Source: Octopus bimaculoides (lineage: Eukaryota). Taken from it: a stretch of DNA of 64,000 nt. Numbering within the stretch: the first letter of the stretch is position 1; each line of letters opens with the position of its first letter. The notes beneath the pieces were generated by a model. The model did not search any database. It was not told the origin of the DNA and saw only the letters and a program-made list of their open reading frames with translations. This document shows positions 26,256 to 37,680 of the stretch, piece after piece. The stretch spans positions 26,331,840-26,395,839 of the forward strand of contig NC_069006.1 of assembly GCF_001194135.2 (NCBI RefSeq). Direction: 5' to 3'. Position numbers and translations under genes: made by a program.

Positions 26256-29200
26256 ACACACACGTGTTTGTTTAGAGTTATTTATTCTGTATTAGAAACC
26301 ACAAACTGTGATTACTTTCTTCATTGATTTCTCTCTTCTCTGCTCTTTCAGTTGGCTGCTAAAGTAACTGCTTTCTCTCAGATCTTCTCCATACCAACAG
26401 AAACCATGAACCTTATTACAGGATTCTGGTTTCTTGACCACAAGGACTTTGAGGTAAATTCACAATTTCTACCATTCATACATTGCTAGATTAATTGGTT
26501 TACAGCGTAGAGCATTGGGCTAACTAGCCATACTTATATTGTGCTGGGCTAACAGCATTGAAGTGGATATAGCATTGGGTTATGGGAAATGGGTGCTAAA
26601 TGATGATAGTCATATTTTCAGTAGTTGCAGCCCGTTTTATAATTTCAAGGATAGTCTGAAGTGAGTTGGTTCACAGCTCAGGTGAAAGAGAGGCAAGGTG
26701 AAGAAATTGTTCTTGAAATGGAAACTGAATTGGAATATTTCTGTCATTTCAGGTTGCTTTCTACTCTTTGGTAAAATCCTCTGTTTTTGGCCAATGGCAG
26801 CATCGACAAGTGATAAAATCTCTCTTGTATCAAGAAGAATATAAACTGGCCCTACAGTACCTGGCTGTTAAAAAGCCTCCTCTGTCGTCTCCAGAGGAAA
26901 TCAAACTAAAGCTGACTACGTTTCTGTTCAATGGGTAAGTCTGTTTCATCCTGTCTAATCATTATTCTCATTATGTCGGTGTCACACAAATGGCACCTGT
27001 GCTGGTGGCACGTAAAAGAACCCGTTACACTCTTGGACCTGTGACTGAAAGTGTTAAATTATTAGTTTTATCTTTTACAAACATTAATGTTGAAATTTTC
27101 TTATTGGGTTTGATGGGTTTGTTTAAAATTGTTTTTTTTTTGTTATTTTGTCAGAATGACAGCCCAAGCTGTTGAATTCTATCGTTCTTGTTGTAACCAA
27201 ACAAATGCTGAAGACCTCATCAGTCACATCTTCCTTGGCTGCCAACAAAGTGAGTGCTTTCAGGAGCTTCTTTCCATTGATTTTTCCTCCTTTCTTTTTA
27301 TTAGACACTATCTGCTAGAAATAGTAGCCAAGTCTCCTTAATATAATACCCTACCACCTTAAAAACAGGAAGGGTACATTCAATAATCTTTTCTACTCTA
27401 GGCATAAGGCCCAAAATTTTTGGAGAGGGGGCCAGTTGATTAGATCGACTCCAGTACACAACTGGTACTTAATTTATCGACCCTGAAAGGATAAGTCGAC
27501 CTCGGCAGAATTTGAACTCAGAACGTAAAGACAGACGAAATACCTCTAAGCATTTNNNNNNNNNNATTTGAACTCAGAACGTAAAGACAGACGAAATACC
27601 TCTAAGCATTTCGCTCACCATGCTAACGTTTCTGCCAGCTTGTTGCCTTAGGGGACTTCAATAATGCAGTCTTGTCTACACTGCCTGATTATAAGATGGG
27701 AAGCTTCTATACTTAATTGTACTTGTGATGGCATTCACCTGGGGTGGATGGGACTGGCTCCCATTAATGGGTTCACCATGTTCCTCATGAATGCTGATCT
27801 TACTTGATGTTTGGCCCCATCATTCCAGCAGTCAGAGTCGAGCTCCTGCCTCTGGCTCAGAATTCCAGCTTACAAATTTGACCAATGCCTCACTGGGAGA
27901 GCAAGCATGTCAGATCACGTGGATGCCATTTGCCTTAATTGTCATTCACGGTTGAGGGGTAGACTTCATGTGCAGCTATTATGAAACCAAGCATTTGATA
28001 TCATTATTTAATTTCTTATCCAGTAAGGATCACATCATTGAAATCTCAAAGCTATGAGATAATCCATGATTAATTGAAAACAATGTGAATAAATGAGGCT
28101 TACATTTGACAGAGTAATCTGAATGCTAAAGGCTTGAATTACATAGATTCCTGGCAAATGAGGTTGGGTGGAGGTTGGTGAGGTGTTGCAATGATGATGA
28201 GAATTAAATGACCTGATATCATCTAAGCGATGTTGATCAGGAGATGATCGCTTTAATCTTCTCTCTGAGCAATTAACAACAGGTTTTGTTGATTGATTGG
28301 AACCCTGTTCTGGTTAAAGACTGACACTTCTTGCACGGGTAGGATTGACTGAGTTGATACTAGTTTATTATTCTTTATTTTATCAGGGAAAATCATGGGT
28401 CAACTAGTGAAGCTGCCACTGACTGAGGCTGAAGAGAAGTGGTTGGAGAACTACCTAATGACTAGTCCAGAGTTAAATTCCAAAGAGGCGTTAGTTGTGT
28501 ATTATCTGCAACGGGCCCGCTATGTTGATGCTATAAGACTCAATGAGAAATTGAAATCCAAAGACATGGTATGTATATTTGTTTGTTTGTGTGTCTGTCC
28601 CTTCCTGTCTTGTTCCATATCTGTGAGACTTGGACACTATGTGGGGCCTTTAGGAACCACCTGAACAAGTTTTGTTACTAGGACACTTTACAAGATTATG
28701 GATTATCATTGATCGGATTACATATCCAACCAACGAGTCAACTCAGAAACTGGGCTGTGTCCTGTTACTTGTCTGATTTGGGAACCCCAGCTCAGACAGT
28801 TTGGCCATGTTGCTCAATTTTCCAAGTCAGACCCTGCTTACTGTGTCCTCTTCACTGAGGATTCGACAGGGTCAGTGGCTTGTGTTGGTTGACCACATGC
28901 CACATGGTCTCAGTAGATGAGGAAGTATTTCATAGAGACGGGGACTGAGTTGGACTTTGCTGGACAGGTCACCTGGGAGGACCCAGGAATATGCTGATAA
29001 ATGGTAAATGCAGAAAAACATTACAACAATGCATGCACCTGTTCTGATCTCTGTGTGTGTGTATTGTATATTAAATTCGATTAGAAGTTGTTCACCACAT
29101 GGAGGGATGGTTTCATCCAAGGAAATGCTGGTTCAATACCTAGTGTTTTGGGGGAATTGATATATAATTTTATATATATATATAAACATAGTTTATATTC

Positions 29201-31389
29201 ATTTAAAAGAAGAAAAAGAAAATGGAGATTGGCAAGTTAATAATTGTTTATTATTAACTTCCCAATCTCCATTTTCTTTTTTTTCTTACACACACACACA
29301 CGATACCAAAATACTAGCTGAAACTTTGAAGTCCCTGTCAATTTCTTGTAAAAGTATGGAGTGATCCTTTAGATTAATGTAAAATTGTTTTTACTGTAGC
29401 TGAAGATCAAAAAAAAAAAAAATTTCCCTTAATGTAATTTTATTGTTTTTGCCCTTTCTGAAACTTTCCCACTTCTTTTGTTTGTTGTTTTTTGAAAGTT
29501 CATTTATTTATTTTTTTTATTTAATTAAATCTGAAGTTGTTTCTATGCCCCAATCTTGATAAATATTTACTTTGATTTGAAACTTTGTCAAGCATTTCCC
29601 CATCCTCTGCCATTTCATGCACACCTGTCTCGTCTCCCTTTGTTCAGTCATCAATGTCGGAAAGGGAGAAGAATATGACATCAACTCGTAACATTATTGT
29701 TAGAAATTGCCTGAAACTGCTGCCAGAGATCCAGCACCAGTATCTTCATGAATCGAACTTAATACCAAAGAAGAGAATCAATCGTGGTGAGGAGACTTTT
29801 AGTTTTCAATCCCTCTCTTGTCATATTCCTCGTTGATGTTGTGATTTGCTTTCACTCTCTTTACCCTTCTTTCTCTCTCCCTCCACACATTTATATGAAG
29901 GGGTGTTGGGTGCAGCCTTGTTATGGCTCAATTATTGACACCCATAAGGCACCATAGTTAAAAATGTATTACTTTAGACTTCAATAAAATCTCCACTTAA
30001 ATTGACTTAATCATTCTAAAGCACAAAATCAGCTCAAGAGTTACAGTTTCAGGCAAGCTAATGAACAGAATCACTAAAATTTCTGGAGAATAACAACAAT
30101 AATTGGTCTTTCTTTCAACTTACCATATTTTATGGTAGACTCTCACCAGTTTGACTGTCCGAGTCACTCTCATCGTTTGTATAAGGGTAAACTCTTTGTG
30201 CAAGGTTTAAATATCATCAATACTTTCCTCAACTGTAAAAAGTCTAGGCCTTTCTCGTTTACCAGATGAAGTGCTGGGTTCGTCATCCGTTTCATTACAA
30301 AATCCTTTTGTTTTTTTTTTACAATTAAAAACATAAGCAACAACAACAACTATGGCAGGCTTACACTCTTCACTACGAAGCTGCAATGTGGATCAGTTGT
30401 CTACTTTTATTATCTGATCTTTTTCTCTGCATGTTATTCAGATTCCTGCTTTTACAGGAATCCGGTTGAGATTATGTTTAGGCTATTCCTGCCAGAGCAG
30501 CAACACAGCACAATAGGGGTTAATGTGTGTCTGCTGTTTCTTCTCATATTTATAGAATGTATGATGCGTTTAATAATGGTAGACTTTTGATGTTTGTTTT
30601 ATTTGCTTGTTTTACTCAGTGACGCGTCCAAGGCCTCTGTCCACAGTAGTGACCAAGTCCACTGGTCCTAGGGTAATATCGCAGTCAACCCTGATCTTGG
30701 CAATAATGGAGAAGATGGATGAAGTTGAGCGATTAAACAACTCTGCTAATGACAGGTGACTGTTCCCTCTTCACATTTTTTTTGTTTTTTACATCTCTAT
30801 TCACGCAACATGGCTCAACACCTTTATTTCTCTCTGAACACTTTCACAGTTTAACAAGAGTTTGTGTGTGTATGTACATTGTAAACTGACTTGTTTATGC
30901 TTTTGTTCTGATAGATATATACCGGTATGTATGTGTGTGGCTGTATGAGTTCTTTTCAACTTAGTAACTGATGCTAGCATGGATGATGGGCAGAAAATAA
31001 TAATGATTTCACACTTACACACACACACACATCTGCCTTAAAGGAACTTAATTGTATAAAATGACAAAACTGGTACAACCGATGACTAGTTTTCCTGTTG
31101 ATCTGATTATAAGAACAGCCTGCTTGTGAAATTAATGTGCAAGTGGCTGAGAACTCCACAGACACGCGTACATTTAACGTAATTCTCAGGGAGATCCTGA
31201 TTGATACAGAATGGGACAAAGCTGGCCCCCTTTGAATTACAGGTACAACTCATTTTTGCCAGCTGAGTGGAATAGTCTTGCTCAAGAACACAGTGTGGCG
31301 CTGGGAATCGAATTCACAACCTTGCAATCATGAGCCAAATATTCCTAGCCACTAAACCATATGCTTTCATATTATACACACACACACAT

Positions 31390-31424
<35 letters not shown>

Positions 31425-33493
31425 CCTAAGGTTTGGCTCTCAGCCACTTACATGTTAATATCATAAGCAGGCTCTTCTGCTGATTGGATCAACTGGAACA
31501 TTTGTTGTCAAATCCAATGGTGTGCCAGTTTTGTAAAATTCTTCACATTTCAGTCTTCCAGTACCACCCAGCTTCGGTGTCTTAGACAATACTACAAGAC
31601 AGTTTTCGGTCACCAGCTCCATACTCTTTTCGTGCCCTCAACTCAATTCCTTATTCCTATTACTTCAAAAATTCTACAGAAGTTAAGACTTTTAAGTTTG
31701 ACTTCTCTGTATATTTTGGAATTTTTCCATCTCTTTTTTTTTTTTTTTTCCAGCAGGTCTTTTGGTGAAGAATCATTCCAGAACATTGCTGTACCTTTCA
31801 TTTCAGCACCATTCACACCTCAAAAGACTGCATTACCGTATGTATTCCTAATTTCTATATTTCAATCTATGTTTTCTGATTTATTTTGTTTACATCTCTG
31901 TGGGTTTACCCCTCCCCACAATATTTATTATATTGTCTAGATGTTGTTGTTGTGCTTCTCGGTTAACCCGAGATCAATCTTGGTCAGACAGTCGTATGAT
32001 TATAGTCGTTAAATGATGATGGTAGTATTAATAGTAGTAATAACATTATAACAATGATGATGATGTTGAATTCTTTTTCAGAAATTTTTCCCGATTCACT
32101 TCAGAGAAAAGCCTGATGAAAGACACCACTTCCTCACAATCTCTGTCCAACCGTAAAAGTATTCTGTTGTCTCAGAGATATGCTTCGGCTCAAGATGAAC
32201 ATTTTGCTTACTTCGAACAACCTGCAAGACGGTAGGTGTGAGGCTAGACTTGGCTTGATGCATCTTCTCAAGTACAGCAGATCACCACATATATACATAT
32301 AGAAACATATATGTATATATGTAATGTGTATCTATTTATTTATATGTGTGTATGTATGTTATGTTCCTGTATCATTTATTGTAGGAAAACGAAATACGTG
32401 AGTGCTGAAGCCCTGTCTGTCCTTCAGACTCCTGTCATCCAGAGGAAGAGTACACTGCACTCCAAAATGACCAGTCCTCGCCCGACTCCACAGTCCATAT
32501 TGAAAGTGCGGCAAATGTCTGCAAGGTCACCCAGCTTCAATATGTCGATGTCGATGGACAAAGGTCAGTTCCTTCTTTTTTCTTCCACCTCACATTTCTG
32601 TTATGTCTTCAATCCTCGAGTCTCTTATGTGATCTTGTGACATGCTAGAAATAGCAACTAGGTCCTCCCCTAACCACTCTTTTGACTTAAGAGAAAAGAA
32701 AGGGCACATTGATTAATGTACTCCTAGATATACTGTATCTTTGTGTGTCGATCATTATCGCTTTAACCCTTTCGGCCTGGCTGATACATATTTGTACCAG
32801 TCAAAAATCTTATAACCCATATCTTCAAAATTCCCATTCTATGTGATGGCTGTGTAGTACCACTCCAGTCTTTCTGGTAGGTATGTAGTGCCAGACGTAT
32901 GATCGGAGTGTATGACACTATAATGACAACTCAAATGGCTCACATGCATACAAGCCCGACACCATTACCGATTTGAGAAAAAGTTCCAGCTTGAAATGGT
33001 TAATGGGAATCTAATAGAGATTGCATTGAAGTTTTGCCTGCTGGGAACCTTGTGTGATATGGTTAAGAACTTCAGAATATGGTGGGTTTGAAAAAATTGA
33101 AACCTAAGTTGCATTTGAATTCAGATGGCTTCAGGTATTTCTTGTCCATCATCTATATAAATCTGGTTCCACATTGGATGTCAACCAACATTTTCCGTTT
33201 GTTTTTCCTTTTTTTTTGTTTTAGATTCTCCTGGTCTGCGAAATTCAGGGCGTTCCTCTCGATCGGCTGCAAACAACTCTTTACTGTCAACACCAACTGC
33301 AACATCAACTAAGAGGACCAGCAAGTCCCTTCGATTTGCTGAGCCAGCTTCCAGAAATTTATCTCCAAATTCTTCCAACGGTTCTTATACATCAATGTCA
33401 GCATTGTTATCAAAGACGGCCCCCAGAACAGAAATATCTGCTGCTGAGTAATTATATTTATTTCACAACAAAATAAATCCACTTCCAGTTATC

Positions 33494-33541
<48 letters not shown>

Positions 33542-36500
33542 GTTATCGAGTGAGAGAACAGTGCATTCCATCAAGTGACACTGAGGTATGAATATACAAA
33601 GCCCATTCTACCCATCATGACTACCCGTCTGATAAGGGTACACCAGGCACATGCATTCATAACCATTTGTGCATGACCTGATGATCTCATATCAAGATAA
33701 ACAGTGCATGACCTTGCAGGTGGGGCCCTGTTAGAATTTTCTTTAAGTCAATTAGCCCATCCCCTTCAAAAGGTCCCTGAATAAGGAATAATGAATGAAA
33801 CATCCATGTTTCCCGAGGTGAATTATCCAAACTCCAAAGAATTCCCCCACTGCTTCTGCTCATGATCAGAGATGCACATATTATTCTTATTCTTTTTACG
33901 AGGGCGCATGGCCTAATGGTTAAGGTGTTGCACTCCTGATAGCAAGATTCTGGTTTCAATTCCTAGACCAGTTGATGCGTTGTGTTCTTGAGTAAAACAT
34001 ATCATCTCACATTGCTCTGCGATCACTTTGACACCTGATACGTGGTAGACTTGTGCACCTGTTCAGACAATGTCGATTTGATGGAGGTGAGTGAGAGCTA
34101 ATGTACAGCTCATGCTCAATTCAAACGGTCAGCCTTTACTATAAGACGACACGTCTGTGGTATACTCAGCCCTAGTAGGTCATTCAGTTCAAATAACTAT
34201 GCATTTGTGAAACTGGTGGATGGTCTGTTTACTTTCACTCCAGCACAGTCTTTGTTCTGTGTGTGAATGTGCTACAGCATGGTCTTGCTTGTGCTGTCTA
34301 ATTCAAACTACTATTCTTGTTTGAACCATTGCAGTCCTGGCCATGCTGGAGCACCACTGTCATGTCTACAATATCTAATCTTTCTCGTTTCAGTCGACAT
34401 CAGGTGATGGACAACATATTGGCTTTGCTGGACAATAACAACGTTGAAGGTGGTCGAGAGGTGACAGAGATGGACACAGATGGTGTGGGAGAGGAAGAAG
34501 AGGAAGAGGAGGAGGAGGAGGACACTGGTTCTTTCATTGAAGAAGAGGAAGGTGACGACTACGAGGAAGAACACAGGCGCAAAATGCATGTTGATGACGA
34601 CTACGACGATGATGATGATGATGACAGAAAGCGGGCTGCTGAGAAGGTGGTGGCGGCAGAAGTGGCACGAGTTTTAGCTGAAGTCAGGAAGGTGAAGAAA
34701 CAGGAAGAAGAGGAAGGGGAGGAGGAGGATGATGATGATGATGATGATTATGATTATGAGGAGGAGGAAGAGGATCGTGAGATGCAAGTTGATGATTCTG
34801 ACAACAGTGAGGATCTGACACAACAACAACAACAACAATGGCAGCAACCCATCTCTGGTCGACGGGAATTTGGTGAAGAATTAACCAGCAGCTACCAAGC
34901 TTTTGGTAAAGAGCCAATGGCACCAATGGAGAGCCAAACAGGCTCATTGGCTTCAACAGTATCATCTGAACAGGTGGATAACGATCAGGTGTCCTACACA
35001 ACCGACTCTGATGATGTGCTCGATCGCTCTGACATGCATACACACACTCTCAGGGTCGACAGTGACATCGTTTTTGCATTTCCAGATTCTGTTCATGGTA
35101 AGTAACTTTGCCTTCTTCTCAGTGAAACAAAACTTGAAATGTATTCGTTAATATTGACCATTTACAAGGCGGCAAGCTTGCAGAATTATCAGAATGCCAG
35201 GCAAAATGCTTAGCGGCATTTTGTCTTTTAGGTACCAGTTGAGCCCTGGGGTTGATGTAATCAACTATCCACCTCCCCTGAAATTGCTGGCCTTCATCCT
35301 CATTGTTTAAAGTCCACTTTCCATGCTGGCATGGGTTGGACAGTTTGACATGAAGCTGGCTAGCAGGGAGCTGTCCAGATTCCAACTGTTTGTTTTGGCA
35401 TGGTTTCTATTGCTGGGTGCTTTTTTTGCGTGCCATCCGTACAGGTGCACCTACACAGCACTGGCACAGGTGTGTCAACACAGCCCTTGCATGGGTGCTT
35501 TTTAAGTGGCACCGGCTTCTCCACATCCTCATTTCTTTTCCTTCCCCATCTCCACAGTGTTTCTCTCTGTTGTTGTTCACCTTGTTAGAAATAGCAGTCA
35601 GATCATACTCTTGGGGAAGGGAAATAAAAAAAAAAAGGGACATATATAAGTGTGTGGTTGTGGATTCACTGTACCTAGGAATGAAGTGGGGTGATTGCTA
35701 TGGCTGGACTGCTTTCCCTCATTAGCTCATTTAGAACTGTCCAGGGGCTAAACACCACACGCACGCACACACACACAATGCACACGTTTTATGTGATGTG
35801 AACCCAATGTTTTTGTTTCATTTTCAGAGAGATCTCATGATGCAGTGACCCACACAAGCAAAAGACTTCACATTGAGGTCGACACGGAGGAGGAGGAGGA
35901 GGAGGATGATGTAAATGTAGCTATGGAGTCTGTGGAACCAGACACAGATGTCACAGAGGCAGTGAGAGACAGCGAACCACCACCACCGCTCCAAAGGGAG
36001 TCTTTACCTACATCTACCATGACCACCATCACCACTGCTATTCCTACTCTTCCTGCTACTACTCCTCCTCCTACTACCACTGTCACTGCTTCTGCTACTA
36101 ATGATGACGCTGCTGCTGGTTGTTACCAGATTGACGATGACGTGGATGAATACCACCACGAGGACTCCATGGCGAACATCCTGCTCAAGCACGCGTCCCA
36201 CTTACTGGCGTCGTCCACCTCCCACACCACCAAAGTTATCTCCCCCGCTGCACCCCCGCCTCCACCTATTGTGGACTTGACAGACGACCAAGACGAGGAG
36301 GTCGACTACAGTTATGACTTCACAGAGGGAAGACAACAGGCCAACCGGGTGAAAGGTGACCATTTCTTTGAACCAGAAGAATCCAATGATATCCTGGAGA
36401 TTTGTCCCCTCTCTGGGCCACAACAGGTAAAACATCTTTTCATTCCTCCATCCACTGTTTTTTTGTTTTTCATTCTTTTTATTGTTTTTACTTTGTTTTT

Positions 36501-37640
36501 TTTCTTATGTCTGTTTTCCCTTGCTAGTATGAGTTAGATCAGTACTTCTCAACCATTTCTTTACCCATGAACCTCTCTGATTCCTTTTTACTCGGTTGGA
36601 CTTCCATATCCATTCCATCTTTTAAAAAAAATCTTATATTTTTCATCATCATCTTTGATGATGGAAGGATTTCAAGTCACTTTCTGTTGTTTGCTGTTGT
36701 TGTAATTGTTTTTTTTTGTTTATTTAAATATTTTTTTAGGGATTTAAAATTTTTTTCTTTTTTTTTTCAGCAGCCTACCTTGTCATCAAGTTATTACCAT
36801 TCGATGACGACGACGAAGAAGATAGAGGAGACACCTGCAGAACAAATACTGATTGATGATGAGGAGGAGGAGGAGGTGGAGGAAGAAGAGGAGGCAGAAG
36901 TGTTGGAGGAAGAGGAGGAGGCAGAAGTGGTGGAGGAAGAGGAAGAGGCAGAAGTGGAAGAAGAGGAGGAGGCAGAAGTAGTGGGGGAAGAGGAGGGGGC
37001 AGAAGTAGTGGGGGAAGAGGAGGAGGTGGAAGAGGATGGTGGATTTGTTAAAGTGGAACATGTGGAGGAGCAGGAGGAGGAGCAACAAGAGGGGGAAGAG
37101 GAGGAGGAGGAGGAGGAGAGAGATGACTCTAGTAAAGCAAGTTCAGTGCAGGAGGAAGTTGGTATAAGGGTGGAAGAAACAGAAATGGGTAAACTGTTGG
37201 CGGTGCAGGAAGATGAAGATGCTGGTAGTGAGGCTGAGTACGTTGCAATGGCAACTGCAGCCAGGACAGACACAGGGAGCCAGATCGGGGTTGCAGACAG
37301 CAAGGACCCCAATGACGGGGTTAATGAAGGCAATGTTGCAGAGCAAACAGCCACAGACGTGATACCAGTGGCCCCTGCTGCTGCTGCCCCATCGACCCCA
37401 CTGGATTCTGAGAATGAAGAAGACGCAGAGATGAAAGTTTTGCATATTGAGGAGCAGCAGCTGACTAACAAAGAGGAAGACGATGGTCATGTGACGTCTG
37501 CCTCTTCGTCTGAAAACCTCACTTCCTTTTCTTTGTCAGACACTTCTTGTATGTCAGCCCCAGCAACAGCAACAAGGCAGGAAACCACAATGGAAGCTGA
37601 AACAATGGTAAGACTTCTGATCTCTCTTCTTTTTTGCTGT

Positions 37641-37680
<40 letters not shown>

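Noticed and set aside
27510-27612. 46-bp direct repeat ATTTGAACTCAGAACGTAAAGACAGACGAAATACCTCTAAGCATTT
   Set aside because: Identical copies on either side of a 10-N gap; typical contig-overlap artefact inside a SINE.
27720-27960. Possible LINE endonuclease remnant on the minus strand (ALVKFVSWN)
   Set aside because: Only a few residues match and the frame is broken; insufficient support.
33902-33970. tRNA-like sequence with A and B boxes
   Set aside because: No complete cloverleaf or acceptor stem, and it continues into a SINE body; the same applies to the heads of families A and C.
36794-37471. 225-aa Ser-rich minus-strand ORF (and similar antisense ORFs at 34684, 35868, 36786)
   Set aside because: Antisense shadows of the Glu/Asp triplet-rich ELYS exons.
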